Assembly (NCBI GenBank): GCA_031262885.1
Contig: JAISGV010000001.1
Span: forward strand, 822-64,821
Direction: 5' to 3'
From: Endomicrobium sp.
GTDB lineage: Bacteria; Elusimicrobiota; Endomicrobiia; Endomicrobiales; Endomicrobiaceae
Length of the DNA: 64,000 bases
How positions within the stretch are numbered: the first letter of the stretch is position 1; each line of letters begins with the position of its first letter. Positions 21,829 through 32,829 of this stretch are shown here, in pieces. The notes beneath the pieces were generated by a model. The model searched no databases, was not told the DNA's origin, and saw only the letters and a program-made list of their open reading frames with translations. The position numbers were made by a program, and so were the translations under genes.

Positions 21829-23277
21829 ATGTTTTTTTATAAAGTAAAAGAATTAAGCAATAAGATTTTATTTCAAGATATTAGTAGTTTAGATATTATT
21901 AATAGTTGTATTAAACGCATTAAAAAAATAGACTCTAAATTAGGTGCATTTCTTAAGTTAAACGAACATAAAGCTATACATGACGCATTAAATTCTAATA
22001 ATAGAATTACAAACGGAAAACGTCTTAGCATTTTAGACGGCTTACCAATTGCTATAAAAGACAATATAATGGTAAAAAATGAAAGTATGACTTCTGCTTC
22101 AAAATATTTGAAAGGTTACATTTCACCATATGATGCCACTGTAATTAAAAAACTAAAGAAAGCTGGAATTATTTTATTAGGTAGAACAAATATGGATGAA
22201 TTTGCCATGGGTTGTTCAACTGAAACATCTGCTTATCAAAAAACTGTCAATCCTTGGAATATTAAATATATTCCAGGAGGATCATCTGGAGGTAGTGCTG
22301 TTTCTGTTAGTGCAGGGATGGTACCTTTTGCTTTAGGCTCTGATACTGGAGGTTCTATAAGACAACCTGCCAGTTTTTGTGGAATAGTTGGGTATAAACC
22401 TACTTATGGTCTAGTAAGTAGATATGGAATTTGTGCATTAGCATCTTCTTTCGACCAAATCGGAATCTTAGCGAAAACTGTTGAAGATACTATGTTATTG
22501 ATAAATATAATAAAAGGTATAGATTATAAAGATCCAACTACTTGTGATTACAAAGAATTAAATGATAATAAACATTATAATAATAAGAATTTACTAAAGG
22601 GGTTAAGAATAGGGATACCTAAACAATTAATTAATTATAGGATAGATAATGTCATTTTGGATTCTTTTAATGAAAGCATTAAAAAACTAGAATTAGAAGG
22701 TGTAAAAATTTTAGAAATAGATATTCCTGAATATAAATACGTACCTGCATTATATAAAGTCATTATGTGCGCTGAAGTGTCGGCAAATATAGCTACCTTT
22801 GATGGAATGCGATACGGTTATAGAGCATTTGAATCTATAGACTTAAATGATGAATATTCAAAAACTAGAGCAGAATCATTGGGTTATGAAGTTAAAAAAA
22901 GGATATTATTTGGAACTTATGTATTAAGCAAAAAACATTATAATGATATTTTTTTACATGCACAAAAAATAAGAACATTACTTATAGAGCGATTAGAAAA
23001 AATATATAAAAAGTGTGATTTTATATTTTCTCCTGCAACTATGCAAATGCCTGTAAAATTTGGCGAACATTTAACTGAAGATTGTGATGTTTTTTTAATA
23101 GCTGCAAATTTGGCAGGATTGCCTGGAATTACTATTCCTTATAAATTTGTTAAGAATTTACCTTTAGGCGTTCATTTTATGGGATCAAGGTTTTCTGATA
23201 AATTACTTTTAGAAGTAGCTAATAATTTTGAAAAAATTATTGGCTTTAATATTAATAAGTTTCCTAATTGTACTTAG
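21829..23277 (+). CDS. gatA: Amidotransferase subunit A
   Basis: [33 protein letters not shown]. Confidence 0.97.
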   Translation: MFFYKVKELSNKILFQDISSLDIINSCIKRIKKIDSKLGAFLKLNEHKAIHDALNSNNRITNGKRLSILDGLPIAIKDNIMVKNESMTSASKYLKGYISPYDATVIKKLKKAGIILLGRTNMDEFAMGCSTETSAYQKTVNPWNIKYIPGGSSGGSAVSVSAGMVPFALGSDTGGSIRQPASFCGIVGYKPTYGLVSRYGICALASSFDQIGILAKTVEDTMLLINIIKGIDYKDPTTCDYKELNDNKHYNNKNLLKGLRIGIPKQLINYRIDNVILDSFNESIKKLELEGVKILEIDIPEYKYVPALYKVIMCAEVSANIATFDGMRYGYRAFESIDLNDEYSKTRAESLGYEVKKRILFGTYVLSKKHYNDIFLHAQKIRTLLIERLEKIYKKCDFIFSPATMQMPVKFGEHLTEDCDVFLIAANLAGLPGITIPYKFVKNLPLGVHFMGSRFSDKLLLEVANNFEKIIGFNINKFPNCT

Positions 23278-23290
23278 AAGGTTATTTGAA

Positions 23291-24745
23291 ATGAATAATT
23301 ATGAAGCGTCAATAGGTTTAGAAATACATGTTCAGATTAATACAAAATCTAAGTTATTTTGTGAATGTCCCACTAGTTTTGGAGAAATTCCTAATTCTAA
23401 TATTTGCGTTATTTGTACTTCTCAACCTGGTGTTTTACCTATTTTAAATAAAAAAGCTGTTGAAGCTGTAATCAAAACAGGATTAGCATTAAATGCTAGA
23501 ATAAATAAAAAATGTTTTTTCGCAAGAAAACAATATTTTTATCCTGACATACCCAAAAATTATCAAATAACACAATTTGAATATCCTATATGTCAAGAAG
23601 GAAAATTAATTCTAATTACTAGTAATATACAAAAAGTCATAAATATAACAAGAATACATCTAGAAGAAGATGCTGGTAAGCTTATACATGAATTTGGTAA
23701 TAAAAAGTTAGATTATTCTTTACTAGATCTTAATAGAGCTGGTATAGGTCTAATGGAGATTGTTACAGAACCTGAAATAAATTCTGCCAATGAAGCTGCC
23801 ACATTTTTAAATCAATTAAAAAATATTATTGAATATCTAAATACTTCGGAATGTAACATGGAAGAAGGAAATATGCGCTGTGATGTTAACGTCAGCTTAC
23901 GCAATATAGTAGATAAAAAATTAGGTACAAAAATAGAAATAAAAAATATGAATTCTATATCTGGAATAAAAGATGCTATTACTTATGAAATAAACAGACA
24001 ACGTTATATTTTAGAGTCTAGAAGAAAAATAAAACAAGAAACAAGACTGTGGGATTCAAATAGGAAAGTAACTAGAAGTATGCGTGATAAAGAAAATACA
24101 TTGGATTATAGATATTTCATAGATCCAAACTTAATACCTATTACTATTACTGAAACTTTAATTAAAAATTTAAATAGTGAAATACCTGAGTTGCCTATAT
24201 TAAAGAAGAATAGATTTTATAAAGAATATTTATTAAATGAATATGATATAAATTTTTTAGTTTCTGATAAAAATATAGCCGATTATTTTGAAAAAACAGT
24301 TTTTTTCTCTAAAAATAAAAAAAGAGCGACAAAAATAATAGCAAATTGGATTATTACAGATTTAATGACAAAACTTAATGAAAATAAGTTATCTATTAAA
24401 GAATCCCCTATTAATTGTGAAAACATGGCGAAATTAATTGATCTTATAATTAATGGTGACATATCAAACAAAATTGCTAGAATGATTTTTGAAGATATGT
24501 ATATAAAATCTTCTGATCCTAGAAATATTTTAAGAGAAAAAAAATTGCTACAAATATCTGATAAAAAATGTCTAACTGAAATTTGTAATAAAGCTATTAT
24601 AAAAAATTCAAAAGCTGCATTAGAATTTAAAAATGGTAAGCAAAAAGCAATTTATGCTATAGTTGGTTTTGTAATGAAAGAAACGAAAGGATGTGCAAAT
24701 CCTAAACTTATTAATAGTATATTATTAGAATTATTAACGAAATAA
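23291..24745 (+). CDS. gatB: Amidotransferase subunit B
   Basis: [42 protein letters not shown]; start refined to ATG 23291. Confidence 0.97.
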   Translation: MNNYEASIGLEIHVQINTKSKLFCECPTSFGEIPNSNICVICTSQPGVLPILNKKAVEAVIKTGLALNARINKKCFFARKQYFYPDIPKNYQITQFEYPICQEGKLILITSNIQKVINITRIHLEEDAGKLIHEFGNKKLDYSLLDLNRAGIGLMEIVTEPEINSANEAATFLNQLKNIIEYLNTSECNMEEGNMRCDVNVSLRNIVDKKLGTKIEIKNMNSISGIKDAITYEINRQRYILESRRKIKQETRLWDSNRKVTRSMRDKENTLDYRYFIDPNLIPITITETLIKNLNSEIPELPILKKNRFYKEYLLNEYDINFLVSDKNIADYFEKTVFFSKNKKRATKIIANWIITDLMTKLNENKLSIKESPINCENMAKLIDLIINGDISNKIARMIFEDMYIKSSDPRNILREKKLLQISDKKCLTEICNKAIIKNSKAALEFKNGKQKAIYAIVGFVMKETKGCANPKLINSILLELLTK

Positions 24746-24838
24746 TTTGTAGAGTTAATTATTTATATTTTGTATTAAAGTAACTTATGGAAATATATAA
24801 AGATTTATTAATAATTTTAATAAGGAGAATGGATAATT

Positions 24839-24973
24839 ATGAAAAAATGGAGATGTGTTGCATGTGGTTATATTTACGATTCCAATAATTCTATATTGTT
24901 TGAAAATTTACCAGAAAATTGGGTATGTCCAATATGTGGAGCTTCTAAAACAGTTTTTGAAGAAGAAAAATAA
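24839..24973 (+). CDS. Rubredoxin, short 44-aa form (not in ORF track)
   Basis: [44 protein letters not shown]; two CxxCG knuckles; AAGGAG SD. Confidence 0.93.
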   Translation: MKKWRCVACGYIYDSNNSILFENLPENWVCPICGASKTVFEEEK

Positions 24974-24975
24974 AG

Positions 24976-26187
24976 ATGGATAAAAAAAATGTATATTTAG
25001 ACAATCAAACTAGTACTAAACTAGATGACAGAGTATTTAATAGTATGAAACCTTTTTTTTTAGAAAATTATTTTAATCCTCAATCCGTTTATTTTTTAGC
25101 TAATCACTCAAGATTAGCTTTAGAATTAGCAAGAAGTCAAGTTGCAAAATTAATAAATGCAGATAAACAAGAAATTATATTTACTTCATGTGGATCAGAA
25201 GCTAACAATTTGGCAATAAAAGGAATAGCTAATGCTTTAAAATATAAAGGAAAACATATTATTGTATCTTCAATAGAACATAGTTCAGTTTTAAATTCGT
25301 CAAAAAAACTTATAGCAGAAGGATTCGAAATAAGTTACTTGAAAGTTAATAGTAAAGGAGAAGTTATAACAGAACAATTAATTAGCTTATTAAGAAAAGA
25401 TACAATTTTAGTTTCTATTCAATATGCAAATCCAGAGATAGGTACAATACAAAATATAAAAAAATTGGCTTCTGTAGTTAAGAATAATAATATAAATAAT
25501 AATTTTGTTGCATTTCATACAGATGCCGTCAGTGCTTGTAGTTCCGTACAAATCAATGTTAAGGATTTAAATATTGATGCATTAACTATTTCTTCTTCTA
25601 TAATTCATGGTCCAAAAGGAGCAGCCGCATTATATTTAAAAGATAAAGTTCCTATTGTATCTCAGATTGATGGAGGAATTCAAGAAAATTACAAACGTGC
25701 TGGTACTGAAAACATACCTGCAATAGTTGGATTTGGAAAAGCTTGTGAGATAATTAACAATGAAAGCTTTAAAAATAATGTTTTTATTAAAAACTTAAGA
25801 GATAAACTTATTACAGGAATATTAACTAAATTGAAACATGTTAGTTTAAATGGATCTATTAAAAACAGATTAGTAGGTAATGTAAATTTTTCAGTAAACT
25901 TTATAGAAGGAGAATCTTTAGTTTTATTTTTAGATAATTATGGAATAATGATATCAAGTGGGTCTGCTTGTTCTAATAAAAATCTTAAGATTTCTACTGT
26001 ATTGGATGCAATTGGTATAAATAATTTTCTTGGACAAGGTACAATAACATTTAATTTATCAAAATTTAATACAGAAAATGATATAAATTATGTTTTAGAA
26101 AAATTACCTTATATCGTACAAAAATTGAGGAACATATCTCCTGTTTATTCTAAATTCTTAAATGAAAATAAGCAAGAAATGATATAA
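24976..26187 (+). CDS. iscS: IscS/NifS-family protein lacking the PLP lysine (probable non-catalytic desulfurase homolog)
   Basis: YLDN, FTSCGSEANN, IEH, HTDA, GPKG, RAGTEN, SSGSAC; SSSIIHGPKG replaces SGHKxxGPKG. Confidence 0.9.
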   Translation: MDKKNVYLDNQTSTKLDDRVFNSMKPFFLENYFNPQSVYFLANHSRLALELARSQVAKLINADKQEIIFTSCGSEANNLAIKGIANALKYKGKHIIVSSIEHSSVLNSSKKLIAEGFEISYLKVNSKGEVITEQLISLLRKDTILVSIQYANPEIGTIQNIKKLASVVKNNNINNNFVAFHTDAVSACSSVQINVKDLNIDALTISSSIIHGPKGAAALYLKDKVPIVSQIDGGIQENYKRAGTENIPAIVGFGKACEIINNESFKNNVFIKNLRDKLITGILTKLKHVSLNGSIKNRLVGNVNFSVNFIEGESLVLFLDNYGIMISSGSACSNKNLKISTVLDAIGINNFLGQGTITFNLSKFNTENDINYVLEKLPYIVQKLRNISPVYSKFLNENKQEMI

Positions 26188-26223
26188 GTTTTAAATGCAA
26201 TATTAATAGGAGGTTAAAATTCA

Positions 26224-26604
26224 ATGTCATTTTATTCTGATAAAGTTATGTCTCATTTTAAGAATCCTAAAAATGTTGGTGAAATAAAGAATGCCGATGG
26301 TATTGGAGAAATAGGCAATCCAATATGTGGTGACATGATGGTTTTTTATATAAAAGTAGATAATAACGATATAATAGAAGAAGTTAAATATAAAACCTTT
26401 GGATGTGTTGCAGCTATAGCTGTTTCGTCAATAGTTTCTGAAATGGCCCTAGGCAAATCTATACAAGAAGTTAAAAAAATTAGTAATTGTGATGTTGCAA
26501 AAGCTTTAGGAGGTTTGCCTCCTAATAAAATGCATTGTTCTAATCTTGGAGCACAAGCTTTGCATAAAGCTATTGAAAATTATGAATCTAGATGCAAAAA
26601 ATAA
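26224..26604 (+). CDS. iscU: Fe-S cluster scaffold IscU/NifU-N
   Basis: YSDKV..HF.NPKN, GNPICGD, FGC, LPPNKMHCS. Confidence 0.96.
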   Translation: MSFYSDKVMSHFKNPKNVGEIKNADGIGEIGNPICGDMMVFYIKVDNNDIIEEVKYKTFGCVAAIAVSSIVSEMALGKSIQEVKKISNCDVAKALGGLPPNKMHCSNLGAQALHKAIENYESRCKK

Positions 26605-26638
26605 TGTATTTGTTTTTATTAGGAAGGAGAGTTATAAT

Positions 26639-27829
26639 ATGTCAGTTAAATTAATAAAGAAAGATGTTTATTCTGTTGGAGTTGTAGATTGGAATAAAAG
26701 ACATTTTCATAAATATGAATACAAAACCAGAAGAGGAATTACATATAATTCATATTTAATAATTGATGAAAAAATAACTCTTATAGATACTGTTTCCAAT
26801 GGGTTTGAAAACGAATTTATAGAAAATATAAATAGTATTATTAAAATTTCCAAAGTAGATATAATAGTAATTAATCATACTGAACCTGATCATTCAGGTG
26901 TTTTTAAGAAAATTTTAACCCTATGTCCTAACGCTAAAATTTATGGAACTGAAAAAGCTAGATTGAGTTTAATCAAATATTATGGTTGTATTGGTAATTG
27001 GTTTACAGTACAAGCTGGTATGAATTTAAAAATAGGTAAAAGAACTTTGACTTTTTTAAGTACTCCTATGATACATTGGCCAGATAATATGTTTACATAT
27101 TCTTATTATGACAGAATATTGTTTTCTAATGATGGTTTTGGACAACATTATGCTACTGATAAATTATTTGACATAGAAGTTGATTATAATATATTAATGA
27201 ATGAAGCCAAAAATTATTATGCTAATATATTATGGCCATTTAATAGTCTTATTAAAGCAAAACTTTCTATATTAGAAACTTTTAAAATTGATATTATAGC
27301 ACCAAGTCACGGTTTAATATGGTATAAATATATTGACGATATTATGAAAAAATATTTATTTTGGTCATCTGATAAATGTCATAATAAAATTACAGTAGTT
27401 TATGAAACAATGTGGTATTCTACTGAAAAAATTGCAAAAAGTATTGTAAATGGTATAGTTGAAACAAAAAAAACTAAACTTAATTTATTTGACATTACAA
27501 AAAATGATACTACTGATATTTTATCTTCTATGTTGGATTCTAAGGGCTGGGTTTTAGGTTCATCTACATGTAATAGGAATATTTTACCTTCAATGTTAGA
27601 ATTACTTTTTTTTCTGAAGGAAACCGATTCCAAAAATAGATTATCTTTATTGTTTGGATCTTATGGTTGGAGTGGAGAGGCTGTAAAAAATATTGAAAAT
27701 ATGCTATTAAAAAATATTGTTTTATATTCTTCTGTGAATATTGTTTTTAAACCAAACAAGAAAGAATTAGAAGAATGTAATAAACTTGGAAAATTATTTG
27801 CTATTAATATAAGTAAACTAAAATATTAG
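26639..27829 (+). CDS. fprA: Flavodiiron protein (FprA/NorV/ROO class A)
   Basis: NHTEPDH, HWPD, FSNDGFG, PSHG diiron ligands plus flavodoxin domain (YETMWYSTE, FGSYGWSGE); SD before ATG 26639. Confidence 0.94.
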   Translation: MSVKLIKKDVYSVGVVDWNKRHFHKYEYKTRRGITYNSYLIIDEKITLIDTVSNGFENEFIENINSIIKISKVDIIVINHTEPDHSGVFKKILTLCPNAKIYGTEKARLSLIKYYGCIGNWFTVQAGMNLKIGKRTLTFLSTPMIHWPDNMFTYSYYDRILFSNDGFGQHYATDKLFDIEVDYNILMNEAKNYYANILWPFNSLIKAKLSILETFKIDIIAPSHGLIWYKYIDDIMKKYLFWSSDKCHNKITVVYETMWYSTEKIAKSIVNGIVETKKTKLNLFDITKNDTTDILSSMLDSKGWVLGSSTCNRNILPSMLELLFFLKETDSKNRLSLLFGSYGWSGEAVKNIENMLLKNIVLYSSVNIVFKPNKKELEECNKLGKLFAINISKLKY

Positions 27830-27830
27830 T

Positions 27831-27859
27831 TTGATATTTTTTACTTTTTTAGTTATACT
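27831..27859 (+). promoter_or_regulatory. Putative sigma70 promoter of secG-tRNA-rplM-rpsI
   Basis: TTGATA-N17-TATACT. Confidence 0.5.
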
Positions 27860-27891
27860 AAACGATTGTCAATATAGGAATAATATATTTT

Positions 27892-28119
27892 ATGTTTTTG
27901 TTTGTTATTTTAAAAATGGCACATTATTTTTTATGTATATTGTTAAGTTTCTTGATTTTTTTGCAAATTGGAAATTATGGAGGTATAGCTGGTTTTTTTA
28001 ATAAGAGTTCTTATCAGATTTTTGATATTTCTTCTGGCATGACTGTTACTAAAAAATTAACTATAGTTCTTTCTGTTTCTTTTTTAATTTCTTCTTTTGT
28101 ACTTGCAAAAATTTATTAG
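27892..28119 (+). CDS. secG: Preprotein translocase subunit SecG
   Basis: Two TMs with LQ..GG.AG.F loop and KLT; immediately followed by tRNA-Leu(GAG), like the secG-leuU arrangement. Confidence 0.8.
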   Translation: MFLFVILKMAHYFLCILLSFLIFLQIGNYGGIAGFFNKSSYQIFDISSGMTVTKKLTIVLSVSFLISSFVLAKIY

Positions 28120-28131
28120 CTATGTAAGTCA

Positions 28132-28216
28132 GCTGAGATGGCGGAATTGGCATACGCGCACGCTTGAGGTGTGTGTCCATATTATTTGGGTGCGGGTTCA
28201 AGTCCCGCTCTCAGCA
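28132..28216 (+). tRNA. tRNA-Leu(GAG)
   Basis: GCTGAGA/TCTCAGC acceptor, CACGC-TTGAGGT-GTGTG anticodon arm, long variable arm, GGTTCAAGTCC; CCA not encoded. Confidence 0.95.
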
Positions 28217-28248
28217 ATAAGATCAAAAAATAGATTTATGAAAAATTT

Positions 28249-28320
28249 GCGGGTGTAGTTTAGAGGAAAAACGTCTCGTTGCCAACGAGAAGAATATGGG
28301 TTCGATTCCCATCATCCGCT
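28249..28320 (+). tRNA. tRNA-Gly(GCC)
   Basis: GCGGGTG/CATCCGC acceptor, TCTCG-TTGCCAA-CGAGA, U73 discriminator. Confidence 0.93.
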
Positions 28321-28365
28321 TTATTTTTTAGCTTTTATTCTTTAATATATAAGGTATATCGAAAA

Positions 28366-28803
28366 ATGAATAAAAAAACTTATGTTCCAGATCAAAAGTT
28401 CGTTATAGCGAATAGAAAATGGCATTTAATAAATGCTAAAAATGAGATTTTAGGAAGATTATCTGTTAAAATTGCAAGGTTATTAACTGGTAAATGCAAA
28501 GTTTATTTCACAAATTACATAGATTGCGGTGATTTCGTAATTGTAATAAATGCAAATGAATTAAAATTATCAGGTAAAAAAAGTACTCAAAAGAATTTTT
28601 TTAGTTATTCAGGGTATCCTGGAGGTTTAAAACTTGAACCATACTCTAAATTAATGGTTAGAAATCCAGAAAAAGTTTTATTTATGGCTGTAAAAGGAAT
28701 GTTACCTAAAAATAAATTGTCACGTAAGCAAATGACTAGATTAAAAATATTTAGGGATGGTAAGCACGTACATTATGCTCAATTTAAAATTAATAATAAA
28801 TAA
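28366..28803 (+). CDS. rplM: 50S ribosomal protein L13
   Basis: WHLINA..ILGRL, DCGDFVIVINA, SGYPGG, VKGMLPKN; start refined to ATG 28366. Confidence 0.97.
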   Translation: MNKKTYVPDQKFVIANRKWHLINAKNEILGRLSVKIARLLTGKCKVYFTNYIDCGDFVIVINANELKLSGKKSTQKNFFSYSGYPGGLKLEPYSKLMVRNPEKVLFMAVKGMLPKNKLSRKQMTRLKIFRDGKHVHYAQFKINNK

Positions 28804-28839
28804 ATTTTTTTAATTTAAAAAAGGATATAATTTAAAAAT

Positions 28840-29271
28840 ATGAATAACATTATTTCCAGAATATCTAGCATAACAAATAGTGTTGGCCGTAGAAAAAAAG
28901 CTATAGCAGTGGTAAAAGTATACAGTAAAAAAGTTGGTAGTAATACTAATAATAAAATTATTATAAATAATAAATTAATAGAAGACTATTTTAAATTAGA
29001 AAGATTTAAGAATATAGTCTTAAAGCCAATATGTCTCTGTCATGAATTTATAAAAGAATATGATTTTAATATAAGAGTGTCAGGCGGAGGAATAAGTGGA
29101 CAAGCAAGTGCTAGTAGTCTTGGAATTGCTAGAGCTATTTTGAAAATAAATAAATTATCAAAGCAAGTTTTAAGAAAAGAAGGCATGTTAACAAGAGATC
29201 CAAGAATGGTAGAAAGAAAAAAGCCTGGAAAACCTAAAGCTAGAAAGCGTTTCCAATTCTCAAAACGTTAG
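28840..29271 (+). CDS. rpsI: 30S ribosomal protein S9
   Basis: GRRKKAIA, GGGISGQA, LTRDPRMVERKKPG..KARKRFQFSKR. Confidence 0.97.
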   Translation: MNNIISRISSITNSVGRRKKAIAVVKVYSKKVGSNTNNKIIINNKLIEDYFKLERFKNIVLKPICLCHEFIKEYDFNIRVSGGGISGQASASSLGIARAILKINKLSKQVLRKEGMLTRDPRMVERKKPGKPKARKRFQFSKR

Positions 29272-29273
29272 TT

Positions 29274-30773
<1,500 letters not shown>

Positions 30774-30940
30774 TCACTTAATGTAATATACAGTCTCGAT
30801 TCTATAATATTGGTACCTTATTATGCAAGATTAAAGTTTTTTTGTTTTAAAAAAAAGAAAATATAATTGAATTTTCTAATAAAATAGTATAATTTCATGT
30901 ATACGAAATTTATTTTATATATACAAATACTAAATATAAC

Positions 30941-31014
30941 GCTGTCATCGTCTAGTGGAATAGGATACTGCTTTCTCAAGGCAGAGACCACGGGTTCGAA
31001 TCCCGTTGACAGCA
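30941..31014 (+). tRNA. tRNA-Glu(CTC)
   Basis: GCTGTCA/TGACAGC acceptor, Glu-type GTCTAG D arm, CTGCT-TTCTCAA-GGCAG anticodon arm, GGTTCGAATCC. Confidence 0.9.
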
Positions 31015-31023
31015 TTATGATTT

Positions 31024-31097
31024 GCGCCCATAGCTTAATAGGATAGAGCATTTGACTACGAATCAAAAGATTAGAGGTTCGATTCCTCTTGGGCGCG
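31024..31097 (+). tRNA. tRNA-Arg(ACG)
   Basis: GCGCCCA/TGGGCGC, TTTGA-CTACGAA-TCAAA, GGTTCGATTCC. Confidence 0.94.
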
Positions 31098-31172
31098 TAT
31101 GTTTATTTTATTTACAAAATCTAATGATATTGTAATAGATGTTAATAATCAAAACATTGGAGATAACTAAAA

Positions 31173-31400
31173 ATGATTTTAAAAGAAAAAGTAGAAAAAG
31201 TTTTAGATGACATAAAGCCTAATTTGCAATTAGATGGTGGTGATGTTGAGTTAATTGATATTACTAAAGAAAATGTGATAAAAGTAAGATTAATAGGAAC
31301 ATGTAGTAAATGCCCAATGGCTAACATAACTTTACAACATACTGTAAAAGAAGCTATTATAAAAGCTATTCCGGACGTAAAAGATGTTGTAGCTATTTAA
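31173..31400 (+). CDS. NifU C-terminal (Nfu) domain Fe-S carrier
   Basis: IKPNLQLDGGDVEL, GTCSKCP (CxxC), TL. Confidence 0.92.
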   Translation: MILKEKVEKVLDDIKPNLQLDGGDVELIDITKENVIKVRLIGTCSKCPMANITLQHTVKEAIIKAIPDVKDVVAI

Positions 31401-31423
31401 ATTCTAAAATAAGGAGACAGTAA

Positions 31424-32668
31424 ATGTCTTTAGTAGTGATGAAATTTGGAGGATCTTCTTTATCAACATTAGAAAAGATGAAGCATGTAGCTAACATTAT
31501 TATTAATAGGAAAGAACAGAAAAATAAAATTATTGCTGTAGTATCTGCTCCTGGAGATAAAACTGATGAATTAGTTACAATGATAAAATCATTAACAGAA
31601 AAACCTTCAAGAAGAGAAGTCGACGTTTTATTAACTACAGGAGAAATGATATCAATTGCTTTATTAACAATGACCCTTTGTAATTTAGGAGAAAAGGCTA
31701 TTTCGATGACTGGATATCAAGCAGGAATTGTATCTGACAGTAATTACACACATGCAAAGATTAAAAAAATTAATGTTGATAAAATAAATGAATATCTTGA
31801 AAAAGATAATATTATTATAGTTGCTGGTTTTCAAGGAGTGGATATAAATGGAAACTTAACAACCTTAGGTAGAGGAGGATCTGATTTAACAGCAGTAGCT
31901 TTAGCGGCTTCATTGTGTTCTAATTATTGTGAAATATATTCCGATGTTGATGGTGTTTATACAACAGATCCTAGATTAGTTAAAAAAGCTAGAAAAATAG
32001 ATTTTCTATCTTACGATACTATGATAGAAATGTCCGAAACAGGAGCTCAAGTATTACAATTAAGAAGTATCGAAGTTGCAAAAAAATATAATGTTTCAAT
32101 ATACGCAAAAAGTACATTTAATGAAAATTCTGGAACTTTAATAACAAATGTAAAAGAATTAAGGAGAAAAAAAATGGAGGAACCATTTATATCTGGTATT
32201 ACATTCGATAAATCACAAGTAAAATTTAGTTTATTTGGTTTACCAAATATTTCTGGTATCATTGCCAAAATTTTGGTTACTCTTGCCAGGGGAAATATTA
32301 TTATTGATTTAATTAGTCAATTCATCAATAGTAACAATGAAAATAATATAGTTTTTACTGTAAATAAAAATGACATGCTAAAGACAAAACAAGAATTAAA
32401 AATATTAATGAAAGAACTGCAAATTAAAACAATGTTAGTCAATGATAAAATTGTTAAAATATCAATCATTGGACTTGGGATAAAAAGTGATCCAAATATA
32501 ATCGCTAGGATTTTTAGCATGATGTATGAGAAAGATATAGATTTCGAAATGATATCCACAAGTGATATTAGAGTTTCATTTATAGTAAATGAAATAAATA
32601 TGCAAAGAGCTGTTGAAAGTTTACATAATGAATTCAAACTGTCAAAAATATACAATAAGACTATTTAA
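31424..32668 (+). CDS. lysC: Aspartate kinase (alpha subunit)
   Basis: KFGGSS, VVSA, TTGE, TLGRGGSD, DVDGVYTTDPR, two ACT domains. Confidence 0.96.
   Translation: MSLVVMKFGGSSLSTLEKMKHVANIIINRKEQKNKIIAVVSAPGDKTDELVTMIKSLTEKPSRREVDVLLTTGEMISIALLTMTLCNLGEKAISMTGYQAGIVSDSNYTHAKIKKINVDKINEYLEKDNIIIVAGFQGVDINGNLTTLGRGGSDLTAVALAASLCSNYCEIYSDVDGVYTTDPRLVKKARKIDFLSYDTMIEMSETGAQVLQLRSIEVAKKYNVSIYAKSTFNENSGTLITNVKELRRKKMEEPFISGITFDKSQVKFSLFGLPNISGIIAKILVTLARGNIIIDLISQFINSNNENNIVFTVNKNDMLKTKQELKILMKELQIKTMLVNDKIVKISIIGLGIKSDPNIIARIFSMMYEKDIDFEMISTSDIRVSFIVNEINMQRAVESLHNEFKLSKIYNKTI
32174..32668 (+). CDS. Aspartate kinase beta subunit (in-frame internal start)
   Basis: AAGGAG SD at 32161-32166 followed by in-frame ATG (M251, MEEPFISGI) at the start of the ACT region. 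Confidence 0.7.
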   Translation: MEEPFISGITFDKSQVKFSLFGLPNISGIIAKILVTLARGNIIIDLISQFINSNNENNIVFTVNKNDMLKTKQELKILMKELQIKTMLVNDKIVKISIIGLGIKSDPNIIARIFSMMYEKDIDFEMISTSDIRVSFIVNEINMQRAVESLHNEFKLSKIYNKTI

Positions 32669-32829
32669 ATAGTATAAGGAATAATTATGAATCTAATAAT
32701 GAAAAATATAAGGAGATTATCATTTAATTTTATTAAAACGATGAATGTTTTTTGTAAAAAAAAAACAATAATATTTTAAATGTTAATTTTTTAAGAAAAC
32801 AAGAAAGCAAAATATTCAAATTAAGTGAA

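Noticed and set aside
28279-28365. N-terminal extension of L13 in the ORF track
   Set aside because: It overlaps tRNA-Gly; the real start is ATG 28366. Similar over-extensions of adk, gatB, fprA, porC, rpsD and rplN were trimmed.
30821-31066. 81-aa minus-strand ORF
   Set aside because: It is antisense to tRNA-Glu and tRNA-Arg; spurious.
32675-32730. Fur-box-like sequence (GAGATTATCATTT) upstream of feoA
   Set aside because: Only a partial match, and such AT-rich words are expected by chance at this base composition.
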